A stretch of DNA of 64,000 bases from a virus, in IMG/VR virus record IMGVR_UViG_3300008963_000001, positions 64,678-128,677 of that record. One strand, given 5' to 3'. Below are positions 38,281 through 48,342 of this stretch, piece by piece. The notes below the pieces were generated by a model that did no database searches, was not told the DNA's origin, and saw nothing but the letters and a program-made list of their open reading frames with translations. The position numbers and the translations under genes are program-made. Each line of letters begins with the position of its first letter. The first letter of the stretch is position 1.

Positions 38281-39043
38281 TTTTAAAAAGAAAAAACCAA
38301 AAATACGATTTTACAGTACCGAGCCCGGAGTGCCTGATGTGTTTCCTGTTGTTCCAACATCTCAAATTGAGAGATCGTGGTTAAATTTACCTAATTTTAA
38401 TCATGATACAAACGGCGATATGTGGACAAAAAATTGTCCAGGTATAAAACTTATTATGAATGCAGGCTGGGTAATTCCTGCACCTGCAGATTTTATTATT
38501 GAAACAAACGGCGATGGTATTGACTTTCAATGGATTGAACCCATAAAGTTTGCCCACGAAAAACCACCCGGAAACGAAATTTATATAGGCTTCCATGACA
38601 AAGATCAATCTGCCAGACTAGTAAACAAAAAAAATACTTTACAAACTGTTGTTAAGGTAAACACACCCTGGAGAGTTGAAGTTTCAGACGATTATCTATT
38701 ATTGCAAATGCCAGTGTCTTATAATAACGAATTTAGGTTTACCTCGGCACAAGGAATCCTAGATCCTAGATACGCACATGTTTTAAATATTCAGTTGTTT
38801 TGGCACGAAACAAACTCAAAAACCATAATCAAAGCCGGAACTCCTTTAGCACAGTTTATTCCTATAAAAAGGAACGAATATATTTCAACAAATTTTGATT
38901 TCAGTGTAACAGAAGCAACAGAAAAGGATAAGCAAAAAGAACGAGCTTTTAACTATGCTCTCCGATGCTCCGAACTCAAATATGACACTTTAAAATCGAG
39001 ATTAAAAAGAGTCAAATCAGTTCTAAGTAAATATGCTTTATAA
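38270..39043 (+). CDS. Conserved phage hypothetical protein (DUF6065-like)
   Basis: CPGI..IMNAGWVIPAP, KVNTPWRV, GILD, IIKAGTPLAQFIP. Confidence 0.5.
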   Translation: MMFNFKKKKPKIRFYSTEPGVPDVFPVVPTSQIERSWLNLPNFNHDTNGDMWTKNCPGIKLIMNAGWVIPAPADFIIETNGDGIDFQWIEPIKFAHEKPPGNEIYIGFHDKDQSARLVNKKNTLQTVVKVNTPWRVEVSDDYLLLQMPVSYNNEFRFTSAQGILDPRYAHVLNIQLFWHETNSKTIIKAGTPLAQFIPIKRNEYISTNFDFSVTEATEKDKQKERAFNYALRCSELKYDTLKSRLKRVKSVLSKYAL

Positions 39044-39054
39044 GGAGATATAAT

Positions 39055-39306
39055 ATGACATATAAAATAAGTTTACAAGAAGTTACAGATAAAATTAAAC
39101 ATAAAAAAGAAGATACTGAAATTAAATTACAAACGCTAGAAAATGAATTAAACGACACTTCATTGAATCCTTACGGAATAACCACAATAGATTTTTCGGA
39201 AAGAAATGAAATGTTAGAAGATATCCTTAAAATGGAAGGAGTCTTAATGGGACTTCAACTAGCAATGGAAACATATGACGAAGCTTTTTTAGAGAAAGAT
39301 GAATAA
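39055..39306 (+). CDS. Small acidic helical hypothetical protein
   Basis: 83 aa, SD AAGGAG. Confidence 0.65.
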   Translation: MTYKISLQEVTDKIKHKKEDTEIKLQTLENELNDTSLNPYGITTIDFSERNEMLEDILKMEGVLMGLQLAMETYDEAFLEKDE

Positions 39307-39886
39307 TGCAATATGCGTCGATCCGTTTCCTTCGTTAATTTGGAAATATAAGTTCAATTTTAGATTTCCAGAGTGGAAAGCAAAACTGTATTTGCATTCT
39401 GAAAACAATACTTCTCATTCATATTTGGAAGAAGGCGATTCATACTCTAGTGTGTCGTCGCAAGACCAACCCATTCACTTATGGGACGAATTAAATGAGT
39501 TTAGAATTTGGCTACCAAACATAATTAAACAGAATTGTAAATATCATTGCTTTAAGGATAAACAATATACAATTTTAAATTCATGGTTTAATATTCACAG
39601 GCCTAGTGGAAAAACTTTAGAACATTATCATAACAAGACAGATTTAGTAGTAACTTGTTATTTAGATAAACCACAAAACACCGGCAATATTGAATTTAGA
39701 GATCCCTTAGAATACCATAAATCAAACACATCAATAGAACCAGAAGAATTGTTATGGAAAGAAGTTGATTGCAAAACAAATGACATTTTAATATTTCCAG
39801 GCTGGGTTCGACATAGAACACAACCGAATCGAGGGGATAAAGATAGAGTTGTAATGACAATAAACATAGGAAGTTATGAATTTTAA
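39299..39886 (+). CDS. 2OG-Fe(II) oxygenase-like protein (TIGR02466 type)
   Basis: SWFN...EHYH...CYL...IEFRDP...LIFPGWVRH...RVVMTINI. Confidence 0.75.
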   Translation: MNNAICVDPFPSLIWKYKFNFRFPEWKAKLYLHSENNTSHSYLEEGDSYSSVSSQDQPIHLWDELNEFRIWLPNIIKQNCKYHCFKDKQYTILNSWFNIHRPSGKTLEHYHNKTDLVVTCYLDKPQNTGNIEFRDPLEYHKSNTSIEPEELLWKEVDCKTNDILIFPGWVRHRTQPNRGDKDRVVMTINIGSYEF

Positions 39887-40634
39887 TCGGTGTGTTCCGG
39901 ATGCGAACAATTATAAAAACGAAGTAAAGATCAAAAGTTTACAGGATATCGAAATTGAATCCATAAACTTTGGAGAGATACACTGTTGGATTTTTAAAGA
40001 TATATTTAAGAAGGACGGATTCGAAAAAATAAAAAATGTTATAGGATCATTTCCTATTCAAAAAAATAATAATATAGACACTAATTATGATCCTAATCCG
40101 TTCGATACCATACATATCCCTGCGTGGGCTTACAAAGAAGTTTGTTTCTTACTGCGAGATTTCTATTTAAAATTTCTCTGTGACAGTCCTTCACCTACTA
40201 ATTTTGAGATTTTTGAATGGGGAAATGTTTATTTTAAGGATAAATCAAGACCAATAATAAGTAATCGTTTACCACATATAGATTTTTTGCATGGTATTGT
40301 AGGTAACTTATGGTTAGAACAACAAGGAGGCGAAAGCGGAACTTCATTATACAGCTATAACGGGCAAATAATAAATGGTCAATATGATTTTATGGTAGAC
40401 ACTAATCACAGGAAGCACTTAGATTATATGGAATTAGTGCAGAAAGGACGATCAGAGAATTGGTTTAATTTTGATAGCAATTTTTTGGCTGATTTCGGTT
40501 TTGTGTTTGAAGGATATTTACCTAGCATGGAAAATACAATGACCGTATACAGATCTAATCAATATCATACTCCATTTATAGACGACTTAACAAATTTTAG
40601 ATGGTCGCATACATTTGCATTTTCTCACAGGTGA
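39876..40634 (+). CDS. 2OG-Fe(II) oxygenase-like protein
   Basis: LPHID...GTSLY...NTMTVYRSNQYHTP. Confidence 0.6.
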   Translation: MNFNRCVPDANNYKNEVKIKSLQDIEIESINFGEIHCWIFKDIFKKDGFEKIKNVIGSFPIQKNNNIDTNYDPNPFDTIHIPAWAYKEVCFLLRDFYLKFLCDSPSPTNFEIFEWGNVYFKDKSRPIISNRLPHIDFLHGIVGNLWLEQQGGESGTSLYSYNGQIINGQYDFMVDTNHRKHLDYMELVQKGRSENWFNFDSNFLADFGFVFEGYLPSMENTMTVYRSNQYHTPFIDDLTNFRWSHTFAFSHR

Positions 40635-40649
40635 AACTAAACTATAAAA

Positions 40650-41258
40650 ATGAACAAATTCGAATACAATCATGATTTTAGAATTACCGAACTATTTCCG
40701 GTTCCGCTGTTTCAAACGGTAATTGATATTCCTGATATTAATAAAGACGACTGGGTCTGGAAAGATAATTTAAACAATCAAATTTCTGAGAATCAAAAAA
40801 TATTAGAGCACGAAAGTTTATCTATACTCAAGAAAGACATTGAATTAAATTTAAATACATTTTGGCGAAACGTTCTAAATGCAGATTGCGAAGCTGACAT
40901 AGAAATAACACATTCTTGGCTGAATATCACGCATACACATCAAAGTCATCATTTACATAGGCATCCTAATAGCTATATTAGTGGTGTTTTATTTTGGCAA
41001 CATCACGAATCTGCAATTGTTTTTTCAAATGATCGGTATAGTCAGATACAGTATGAAGTTTCGTGCACAAATATGTTAAACAGTAATACATGGAGAGTGT
41101 GTCCGGAACCTGGACTACTTTTATTGTTTCCTAGCTATCAAAGTCATGCGGTTGAATATGTATCACAGGAACAATCCGAAAGATTAAGTTTGAGCTTTGA
41201 TACATGGGTTCGTGGCAGCGTGAACAGTATTCCTAATCAACAATTGATAATAGGATGA
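40650..41258 (+). CDS. 2OG-Fe(II) oxygenase-like protein (TIGR02466 type)
   Basis: SWLN...HRHPNSYISGV...PGLLLLFPSYQSHAV...RLSLSFD. Confidence 0.8.
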   Translation: MNKFEYNHDFRITELFPVPLFQTVIDIPDINKDDWVWKDNLNNQISENQKILEHESLSILKKDIELNLNTFWRNVLNADCEADIEITHSWLNITHTHQSHHLHRHPNSYISGVLFWQHHESAIVFSNDRYSQIQYEVSCTNMLNSNTWRVCPEPGLLLLFPSYQSHAVEYVSQEQSERLSLSFDTWVRGSVNSIPNQQLIIG

Positions 41259-41277
41259 CTATCTTTATGGAGAAGTT

Positions 41278-41874
41278 ATGAATTTAGATTATTATTTTCC
41301 AACTCCTGTTTGGTGGACAGATACTACATTCGATAATACAGATCTGTTAAAATTATATAATGATCTCAGGACCAAAGACCCAGTAGGAGCAGAATTAAGT
41401 AATTTTGGAGGCTGGCAAAGTAAATCTTTCGCCCACAATGAATTCAACTGTACGTTACAAATATCGGATCTAATTTTAAACCAAGGAAGTAGAATTCTAT
41501 CAGATTATGGATTAGAACCGACCTGTCATGTATTAGAAATGGATAATATGTGGTTTAACTGTAACAAAGGAAAAGATATAAATCAAGTCCATATTCATGG
41601 AGGATCTGATTTCTCAGGAGTTTACTACCTTTCGGCTCCCGAAGGATCAGGAGATATAGTCTTTTATAAAAATTATCACGAAGAATTTTTTACGAACAGT
41701 TTAGGAAATAATTTTGAGAGAATAACACCTGTTAGTGCAACTGTTGCTAAGTATCCGTCTAAAAACAAAAGATTAATCTTATTTCCTTCGAATTTACAAC
41801 ACGGTGTTCTTCCTAGCTCAACAGAAAGAGAGCGAATTTCTATCTCTTTTAATATTAAGGTAAAGCATGTTTGA
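41278..41874 (+). CDS. 2OG-Fe(II) oxygenase-like protein (TIGR02466 type)
   Basis: MWFN...HIHGGSDFSGVYY...LILFPSNLQHGV...RISISFN. Confidence 0.8.
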   Translation: MNLDYYFPTPVWWTDTTFDNTDLLKLYNDLRTKDPVGAELSNFGGWQSKSFAHNEFNCTLQISDLILNQGSRILSDYGLEPTCHVLEMDNMWFNCNKGKDINQVHIHGGSDFSGVYYLSAPEGSGDIVFYKNYHEEFFTNSLGNNFERITPVSATVAKYPSKNKRLILFPSNLQHGVLPSSTERERISISFNIKVKHV

Positions 41875-42580
41875 AAATTTATGTGAAAAAATATTAAAAA
41901 AATATAATTTACAGTATAACGATCGACCAGTACACTTTGAAAATGTTTTTAACGACCCGTCAATACTAGCTAACTGGACGACTATCGAAAATTGTATTAA
42001 CTTTCCTGCAATGTATGAATTTGAATTAATTGATTTTCATAATCAAAAGATTGAAATTCCTAGATATAGGAAGATGTGGAATTCAATAAAAACTGTGCAA
42101 GATAAAGAATTTGTTTTTAATAAATTTATGCAGGGGTATGGCTTAATCATAACAAATTACGATAATAACAACGAGTATATAAATAATTTGCTTAGATGTT
42201 TTGAAAACTTTTTTGATGTTTATACCGATGCGCATTTATATTGTGGTTTGAAAAATGCTAATTCTTTTTCAATTCACGAAGATTATCCATCAAATTTTAT
42301 TGTTCAAATCGACGGAACAACACATTGGAAAGTATTTAAAAATAGAATATCAAGCGTCTATAGGACAGGGTTAATGAACAATCTACTAAAAGAAGATCAA
42401 TTAGAAACAGTGTTAGATGTAACTTTGAATCCTGGTGATATGTTATACATTCCTGCTAGAGCCTATCACTGTGCACAACCATGCAACGAGCGTATAAGTA
42501 TTAGCATTCCTTGTTGGAGCAGAACATTAGCTGATGACCCTGCATTGCAAAATGATAGAAACATATATAGGATAAATTAA
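41867..42580 (+). CDS. JmjC/cupin-4 (ribosomal-oxygenase-like) protein
   Basis: FSIHED...FIVQIDGTTHWKV...LNPGDMLYIPARAYHCA...RISIS. Confidence 0.8.
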   Translation: MFENLCEKILKKYNLQYNDRPVHFENVFNDPSILANWTTIENCINFPAMYEFELIDFHNQKIEIPRYRKMWNSIKTVQDKEFVFNKFMQGYGLIITNYDNNNEYINNLLRCFENFFDVYTDAHLYCGLKNANSFSIHEDYPSNFIVQIDGTTHWKVFKNRISSVYRTGLMNNLLKEDQLETVLDVTLNPGDMLYIPARAYHCAQPCNERISISIPCWSRTLADDPALQNDRNIYRIN

Positions 42581-43147
42581 ATGTTTGAAACTCAATTGGT
42601 ATACGGAATATTAGATACAAACGAATTTAAAGAAATAAATGATTTTGTAAACGGCACAGAAATAACCTGGACACATATAAAAGATACAACATATGAAAAT
42701 GGCAGGACACCCAGTATTGATACACCTGCCTTTGCTCATATACTGTTGGGTCACGACGGGTATCGAAGCCCCTTTCTCGATAAATTTACGCCTCTGCACC
42801 AAGCATTAATGAATAGATTAGATATAACTCCTAAGAATGTATTCAGAATGAGATTAGGTTTTTTATTAAATACACGCTACACTTTTCCAAGTCAACCGTA
42901 TGTTTATAATTCTCCGCATAAGGATGCAGATTTTGATCATCTAACAGCAGTCTTTCATTTTATGCATTCTGACGGAAATACAGTAATTTTCAATCAAACA
43001 GAAGAAAGTGATGCATATTCAATTAAGGAGAGCATTGAACCTGATCAAAACATGGCGGTAGTTTTTGATGGAAATTATTATCATGCAAGCACATGCCCAA
43101 AAGTATTTACTAAAAGAATTGCATTAACAATTAATTTTACTATCTAA
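42581..43147 (+). CDS. 2OG-Fe(II) oxygenase-like protein
   Basis: PHKD...DGNTVIF...VVFDGNYYHAS...RIALTINF. Confidence 0.75.
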   Translation: MFETQLVYGILDTNEFKEINDFVNGTEITWTHIKDTTYENGRTPSIDTPAFAHILLGHDGYRSPFLDKFTPLHQALMNRLDITPKNVFRMRLGFLLNTRYTFPSQPYVYNSPHKDADFDHLTAVFHFMHSDGNTVIFNQTEESDAYSIKESIEPDQNMAVVFDGNYYHASTCPKVFTKRIALTINFTI

Positions 43148-43801
43148 ATGGAAAATTTTAAAAATAAAAATATAAAACCGCTTGTTCCTACTATTATCAT
43201 AGATGACTTTTTTGAGTCGCCGTCGTTGTGGTTAGAATATGCAAAACAATTAGAGTATTTTAAAGGCGATAGAGGCACCTGGCCCGGTTATAGATCCGAT
43301 TTATTTTCTAATATGAATACTGAGCTGCAGAATATAATCGATAATAAGCTCTTACAACATCTTTTTGAATTCGATAAATTTACAAAGAATGATATCAGCA
43401 TACAATGTGTATCAGAAGAATGGGGCCAGGGATGGATTCATGACGATGATCCAAAATTTTATGGTGCCGCTGGAGTGATATTTCTTAATAAAAAATATCC
43501 TAAAAATACAGGAACAACAATCTACAATCAACAGATAGATCCAAGTTATGAAAAGTTTGGAAATATATTTTTTGATGATGTTACAGATGTAGAAAGAAAA
43601 CATAATGATCTCTATCTAAAACACCAACAAGAACAAAAACAAATGTTTAAAGAAACTATCAAAGTCGAAGGAAGATATAATAGGTGTCTAATATTTGATC
43701 CGAGACAATGGCATGCGGCAGATAATTATTTCGGCACAAGCAAAGATGATAGTAGATATACAATTGTTTTTTTTGTAAACAACAAGGATTCATTAAACTA
43801 A
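43148..43801 (+). CDS. 2OG-Fe(II) oxygenase-like protein (DUF6445-like), paralog A
   Basis: IIIDDFF...WPGYRS...WIHDD...GTTIY...YNRCLIFDPRQWHAADNYFG...RYTIVFF. Confidence 0.7.
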   Translation: MENFKNKNIKPLVPTIIIDDFFESPSLWLEYAKQLEYFKGDRGTWPGYRSDLFSNMNTELQNIIDNKLLQHLFEFDKFTKNDISIQCVSEEWGQGWIHDDDPKFYGAAGVIFLNKKYPKNTGTTIYNQQIDPSYEKFGNIFFDDVTDVERKHNDLYLKHQQEQKQMFKETIKVEGRYNRCLIFDPRQWHAADNYFGTSKDDSRYTIVFFVNNKDSLN

Positions 43802-44469
43802 TGCTATCACCAGAGGAGAGTTCGAGACTCATAAAAGAAAATGATCTAAAAAACAGGATAAAATATCCGAGATTTCCTAGTCGTATTATAGAAGATTTTT
43901 TACCTTGTCCGTATGTATGGAGAAACTTAGCCTTACAACAAGATTATTACGATACTGATCTGCCTATTCCAGGCCAGCGCAGTAAATTTCTCGAACAAAT
44001 TGATGCAGATATATTTACAGACTTTGCTCGTATATTTTTAAAACATTTTCCTATTTTTTCTGGTTTTCAAAACCTTTCTGTTTGTTTTCAATTGGTCGAT
44101 GAAACATATGGCCAGGGGTGGGTGCATGACGATGATCCTACAGTTACCTTCTCAGGGGTAATATATCTTAACCCACATGCTGCAGCCAATACCGGCACAA
44201 CTTTATATGATGATCAGGAAGACACATATGCTAATGACTTTAAAGATATGATTTGGAAGGACACCCTTCAATCTAGTGCCGATGAAAGAAAACAATGTAG
44301 TAAATATAGATTACAGCAACGAGAAACATTTACTCCTTCACTTACGGTCGAAAACGTTTTTAACAGAGCATTTATTTACGATCCGAGAACTTGGCACAGT
44401 GCAGATAATTTTTTCGGCTCAGATAAAGATGATTCAAGATTAACAATGGTATTTTACGGTAAAATTTAA
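43801..44469 (+). CDS. 2OG-Fe(II) oxygenase-like protein (DUF6445-like), paralog B
   Basis: WVHDDD...GTTLY...FNRAFIYDPRTWHSADNFFG...RLTMVFY. Confidence 0.7.
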   Translation: MLSPEESSRLIKENDLKNRIKYPRFPSRIIEDFLPCPYVWRNLALQQDYYDTDLPIPGQRSKFLEQIDADIFTDFARIFLKHFPIFSGFQNLSVCFQLVDETYGQGWVHDDDPTVTFSGVIYLNPHAAANTGTTLYDDQEDTYANDFKDMIWKDTLQSSADERKQCSKYRLQQRETFTPSLTVENVFNRAFIYDPRTWHSADNFFGSDKDDSRLTMVFYGKI

Positions 44470-45107
44470 TGAGTTCTGACGATATAATAGTAATAGATAA
44501 TATAATAACAAAAAGTTATCAAAATGCAATCTTAGATAGGGTTACTGCTCACACATTTCCGTGGTATTTCAATCCTAATCTAATCACGCCAAATTTTGCT
44601 AAAGGCAAAGAATATATGGATAGCAATCCAGTAGGATTAAATCATTTTTTATTCGAAGATGGTAAGGTCGATTCGCCATTTTTTGATTTTCTTTATCCGT
44701 TGATATTAAGTATTCAGGACATGAATATGTTTCCTAAGGCCTCGACAGAACGCATGAGGATGAACCTTACACAGCGAAATCCTAATTCGACAAAAGAACA
44801 TCATCTACCACACATTGATAGTTTTTATGAACACTGGAATGTTATTTATTACGTAAATGATAATGACGGGCCTACCTATATTTTTAACGATACTAATAAA
44901 AATTATGAATATAAAGATCAAGATTTTATGCTCACAAATAACTTTTCGGTAAAACAAAAAATTTATCCGAAGAAGGGAAGAATTGTTGCCTTTCCAGGAT
45001 TTTATTATCATGCTTCTAGTTTTTGCAAAGAATTTCCTTACCGGATTGTTTTAAATATCAATTTTTCAGGATTACAAGATGTACTGCAAAGATCACGAGA
45101 TACATAA
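44469..45107 (+). CDS. 2OG-Fe(II) oxygenase-like protein
   Basis: PHID...IYYVNDNDGPTYIF...PKKGRIVAFPGFYYHASS...RIVLNINF. Confidence 0.75.
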   Translation: MSSDDIIVIDNIITKSYQNAILDRVTAHTFPWYFNPNLITPNFAKGKEYMDSNPVGLNHFLFEDGKVDSPFFDFLYPLILSIQDMNMFPKASTERMRMNLTQRNPNSTKEHHLPHIDSFYEHWNVIYYVNDNDGPTYIFNDTNKNYEYKDQDFMLTNNFSVKQKIYPKKGRIVAFPGFYYHASSFCKEFPYRIVLNINFSGLQDVLQRSRDT

Positions 45108-45609
45108 TTCGCAATTAATTCTCAAAAATCATACAAAAATGGTAAATGATTTATATTTTGTCTATGATTTTTTCAAAGACATATTTCCTTATGGAGATAG
45201 CACAGAGGCATATCCTCTTTATAATGTGTTTTGTGCAACCTCTCCCGATCCTGTATGGTATCAACTACTACAAGAACTTAAATTAATTATCAGAAATTTT
45301 GCAGGCCATAATGATCCTTTGTGGATGCAAGCTTGGCTAAATTATCATACACCGGAAACTGTGCTAGGTTGGCACGGGCACGATTGGCCGATACATGGAT
45401 ATATCAACATTAATCCTTTCGATACGGAAACACAGTTCGAAGATTATACTGTAAAAAATAAAATAGGAAATATCTATATAGGTCCAGGTCATCGATTACA
45501 TAAAGTCAATGTAAAAAGCAATTTTATAGAGCCTAGATTAACAATCGGGTTTGATGTTCACGACAAGCCAGAACCACCGTTTAGACATTTTTCATTGATG
45601 CCGCTATGA
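45079..45609 (+). CDS. 2OG-Fe(II) oxygenase-like protein
   Basis: AWLNYH...WHGH...HGYI...YIGPGHRLHKV...RLTIGFD. Confidence 0.6.
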   Translation: MYCKDHEIHNSQLILKNHTKMVNDLYFVYDFFKDIFPYGDSTEAYPLYNVFCATSPDPVWYQLLQELKLIIRNFAGHNDPLWMQAWLNYHTPETVLGWHGHDWPIHGYININPFDTETQFEDYTVKNKIGNIYIGPGHRLHKVNVKSNFIEPRLTIGFDVHDKPEPPFRHFSLMPL

Positions 45610-46175
45610 ACTTAAATAAACCAATTTTTTTAAACAGAATTGTCGACGAAAAATTATTAGATTTTGTCACTAGAGAATTAAAAATAGCAGCCAATGCTGC
45701 CAGAATATTAGAACCGCACTCTGGATACGAAGAAGGATTTGCGGATAGTTTTAATTTTTATTGTCCGCCATGTTTAGAAGTTTTGTCGGAAATAATTCAG
45801 CCAGTAATAGAAAACAAACTACAACTAAAACTATATCCTAGTTACACTTATGCACGGTTATATCGACATGGATCCCGTTTAAATAAGCATTATGACAGAC
45901 GAAGCAGCGAATTTACAGTAAGTTTATCACTGGAATATGATGATTCAAATTGGCCTTTGTGTATTTTAGATGATGAAAATAACATAAACAAATTTGTGCT
46001 TAACAAGGGAGAAGCCGTAATTTATAGCGGCAGGCAATTTGCGCACTGGCGTGACGGTCCTTATAAAGGGAAAGAACAAGCACAAGCATTTTTTCAATAT
46101 GTAGACATAAACGGCGATAGTGCTGATCTCAAATATGATGGCAAAATAGCACCGGGCCTTCCCTTTACCTTTTAA
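45606..46175 (+). CDS. Prolyl-hydroxylase-like 2OG-Fe(II) oxygenase
   Basis: PSYTYARLY...KHYDR..SEFTVSL...WPL...GEAVIY.G...HWR...QAFFQY. Confidence 0.75.
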   Translation: MNLNKPIFLNRIVDEKLLDFVTRELKIAANAARILEPHSGYEEGFADSFNFYCPPCLEVLSEIIQPVIENKLQLKLYPSYTYARLYRHGSRLNKHYDRRSSEFTVSLSLEYDDSNWPLCILDDENNINKFVLNKGEAVIYSGRQFAHWRDGPYKGKEQAQAFFQYVDINGDSADLKYDGKIAPGLPFTF

Positions 46176-46178
46176 ACA

Positions 46179-47690
46179 TTAATCAGTAACTTTTAAACTA
46201 GAAGCATAATTTACCAGATCGTTTACTGATGGTGTTGCATCTAAAAAATCAATTCCTTGCATTGCTAAATTAATTGCTTCTCTATGTTTTACAGTTTGGG
46301 GTAGTATACCCTGTCTTATGTTATAAGCTTTTTTATGTAAATGCGGCATTTGCCCCCAAAGGTTAGCTATTTCTTTCCTATCTAATAATCGCAAGCCCCA
46401 CATAACTTGCGTGTAATTAAGACTTTTAAACATGATAAAATGATCGTTGAATGGTTGATGAGAAGGAAGATATTTCTTAAAATCATCTAAATATTCTCTG
46501 TTAAAATCTGTCAAAATTAAGTCAGAATTAATCCAGCGCCAAAACTCACTGTCGCGTCTTTCTGTTATATAATGTATTTGAACAAAATCAATTATATTTT
46601 CAGAAACCTGTTTAAATCTCTTATTATATATTTTTGCACTTGTTTTATCATTTTTATGCCAATGTGGTAAACTGGTAATTAAACCAAACATCTGTTGTAT
46701 TGTAGAACCAATGCTGGTTGCTTCTAGCGGTTCAACAAACATACTGGCAAGACCTACACAAACACAATTTTTTGTCCAGTTTTCGTCTAAATATCCTGCA
46801 GAAAATTTTATTTTTTTAGCTATTTCTATTTTATCCGAATGTTGCGATTGCGCCTCGCTTATAGCTTCGTCTTCATTTATGAAATCGTCACAGTAAACAT
46901 AGCCGTTACCGAATCTGTTTTGTGTAGGTATTCTCCACATCCAGCCTGAGCTTAAAGCTCTTGCTTCAGTGTGCGAAGGTATGTCTTCCTTATATCCTGT
47001 AGGAAATGCGATGGCACTGTTCATAGGAAGATAGTCTTTGCAGTCTATCCATTTTACACCAAGCTTTGATGCAATCACTCTTCTAAATCCGCTACAATCA
47101 ATGAAGAAATCTGCTGTATAAATTTGTTTTCCGTGAAGTTTAGATACAAAGCCGCTTTCATCTAATTCTACATCGTCTATAGTATCATTTATGAAAATTA
47201 CGCCTTTATTCTCACACTTTTTATGAAAATAGTCATTAAGTTTTTTTGTATCAAAATGAAACTGATTTACGCTTTTAGAAAAAGGCCCGGCGTGCCTACT
47301 CTCTAAAGTTTCTTTCCATACCGATGCAAGCGCATCTTCTCCGTTGGCAATTTGATCTACCATGCTAAGGTACAAGCCCGACCTCGGGTCTTGCGAAAGA
47401 GTAAACTCGGCAAGGGCATGCCAATATTCAGTGTTATCGCCATGCCAGTTATTAAATCTTATACCGGTTTTAAAAGTTGCATCTGTTTCTCTTAGTAATT
47501 CAGGAATATCGATTTCTAAATATTCCATAAGGTGTGCCCAGTGTTCTGTTGACCCCTCACCAACTCCTATAATTCCAATATCCTTTGATTCTATCAGGGT
47601 TACATCTAATTTTGGAAATGCGTGTTTACAACACAGGGCACTTATAAGACCTGCTGTTCCGCCTCCCAACACAATTAATTTATTAATCAT
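46179..47690 (-). CDS. Flavin-dependent halogenase 2
   Basis: GGGTAG, IGVGEG, ATFKTGIRF, FIDCSGF, GWMWRIP, FVEPLEATS. ATG 47690 with GAGG SD. Confidence 0.85.
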   Translation of the reverse strand: MINKLIVLGGGTAGLISALCCKHAFPKLDVTLIESKDIGIIGVGEGSTEHWAHLMEYLEIDIPELLRETDATFKTGIRFNNWHGDNTEYWHALAEFTLSQDPRSGLYLSMVDQIANGEDALASVWKETLESRHAGPFSKSVNQFHFDTKKLNDYFHKKCENKGVIFINDTIDDVELDESGFVSKLHGKQIYTADFFIDCSGFRRVIASKLGVKWIDCKDYLPMNSAIAFPTGYKEDIPSHTEARALSSGWMWRIPTQNRFGNGYVYCDDFINEDEAISEAQSQHSDKIEIAKKIKFSAGYLDENWTKNCVCVGLASMFVEPLEATSIGSTIQQMFGLITSLPHWHKNDKTSAKIYNKRFKQVSENIIDFVQIHYITERRDSEFWRWINSDLILTDFNREYLDDFKKYLPSHQPFNDHFIMFKSLNYTQVMWGLRLLDRKEIANLWGQMPHLHKKAYNIRQGILPQTVKHREAINLAMQGIDFLDATPSVNDLVNYASSLKVTD

Positions 47691-48321
47691 TGGTTTGTTC
47701 CTCAAAAAAGTCTTTCTTAATTGTTGATTCTAGTTTAATAACTGCAATAGAATCTCTTGCTAAATTATAATTAATTTTACCTGTGGGTAACACATTAAAG
47801 CTTATTGTGTATCTATCAGTGTCATCAAAATTAGGCATAGTAGAGTGATACATCCAACTAGGAAATAAAATTAATTTTCCAGGTTCTGGGTTTATGCGAT
47901 AAAAAGGAGAGAATTCATGTTGAAGGACTTCGATTTGAGCATGTGTTCTTTGAAATACTGGGTCCTCAAACACAGTAGGCGCGCCCTCTGTTAAATAATA
48001 AATTCCACTCCATAAACTCATAGAATGTCTATGTGGAGCATGATACATATCAGAGTTACGATAATATTTATTAGCCCAACTGCTTGAAATTTCTAGCATG
48101 TCGCAATCATACTTATGATCATCTTTCAGCATGTTTAAACAGGAATTTATCCAATTAAATAAGCCACAAAATTGATCTTTTACGTGCAGATTATCAATAG
48201 AGCTTAGTGCATTATGTTCACCGAATGTTTCGTCATCCAGCAGTGAAATCAACTTGTCGTTATCGAGGGTATCATTGTTAAAAGAGTAGATTGAAACGGG
48301 GAATAAGTTTATTTTATCCAT
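47683..48321 (-). CDS. 2OG-Fe(II) oxygenase-like protein (TIGR02466 type)
   Basis: SWAN...HRHSMSLWSGIYY...PGKLILFPSWMYHST...RYTISFN. Confidence 0.8.
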   Translation of the reverse strand: MDKINLFPVSIYSFNNDTLDNDKLISLLDDETFGEHNALSSIDNLHVKDQFCGLFNWINSCLNMLKDDHKYDCDMLEISSSWANKYYRNSDMYHAPHRHSMSLWSGIYYLTEGAPTVFEDPVFQRTHAQIEVLQHEFSPFYRINPEPGKLILFPSWMYHSTMPNFDDTDRYTISFNVLPTGKINYNLARDSIAVIKLESTIKKDFFEEQTND

Positions 48322-48342
48322 TGTCTATCCAAATTATTAGTA

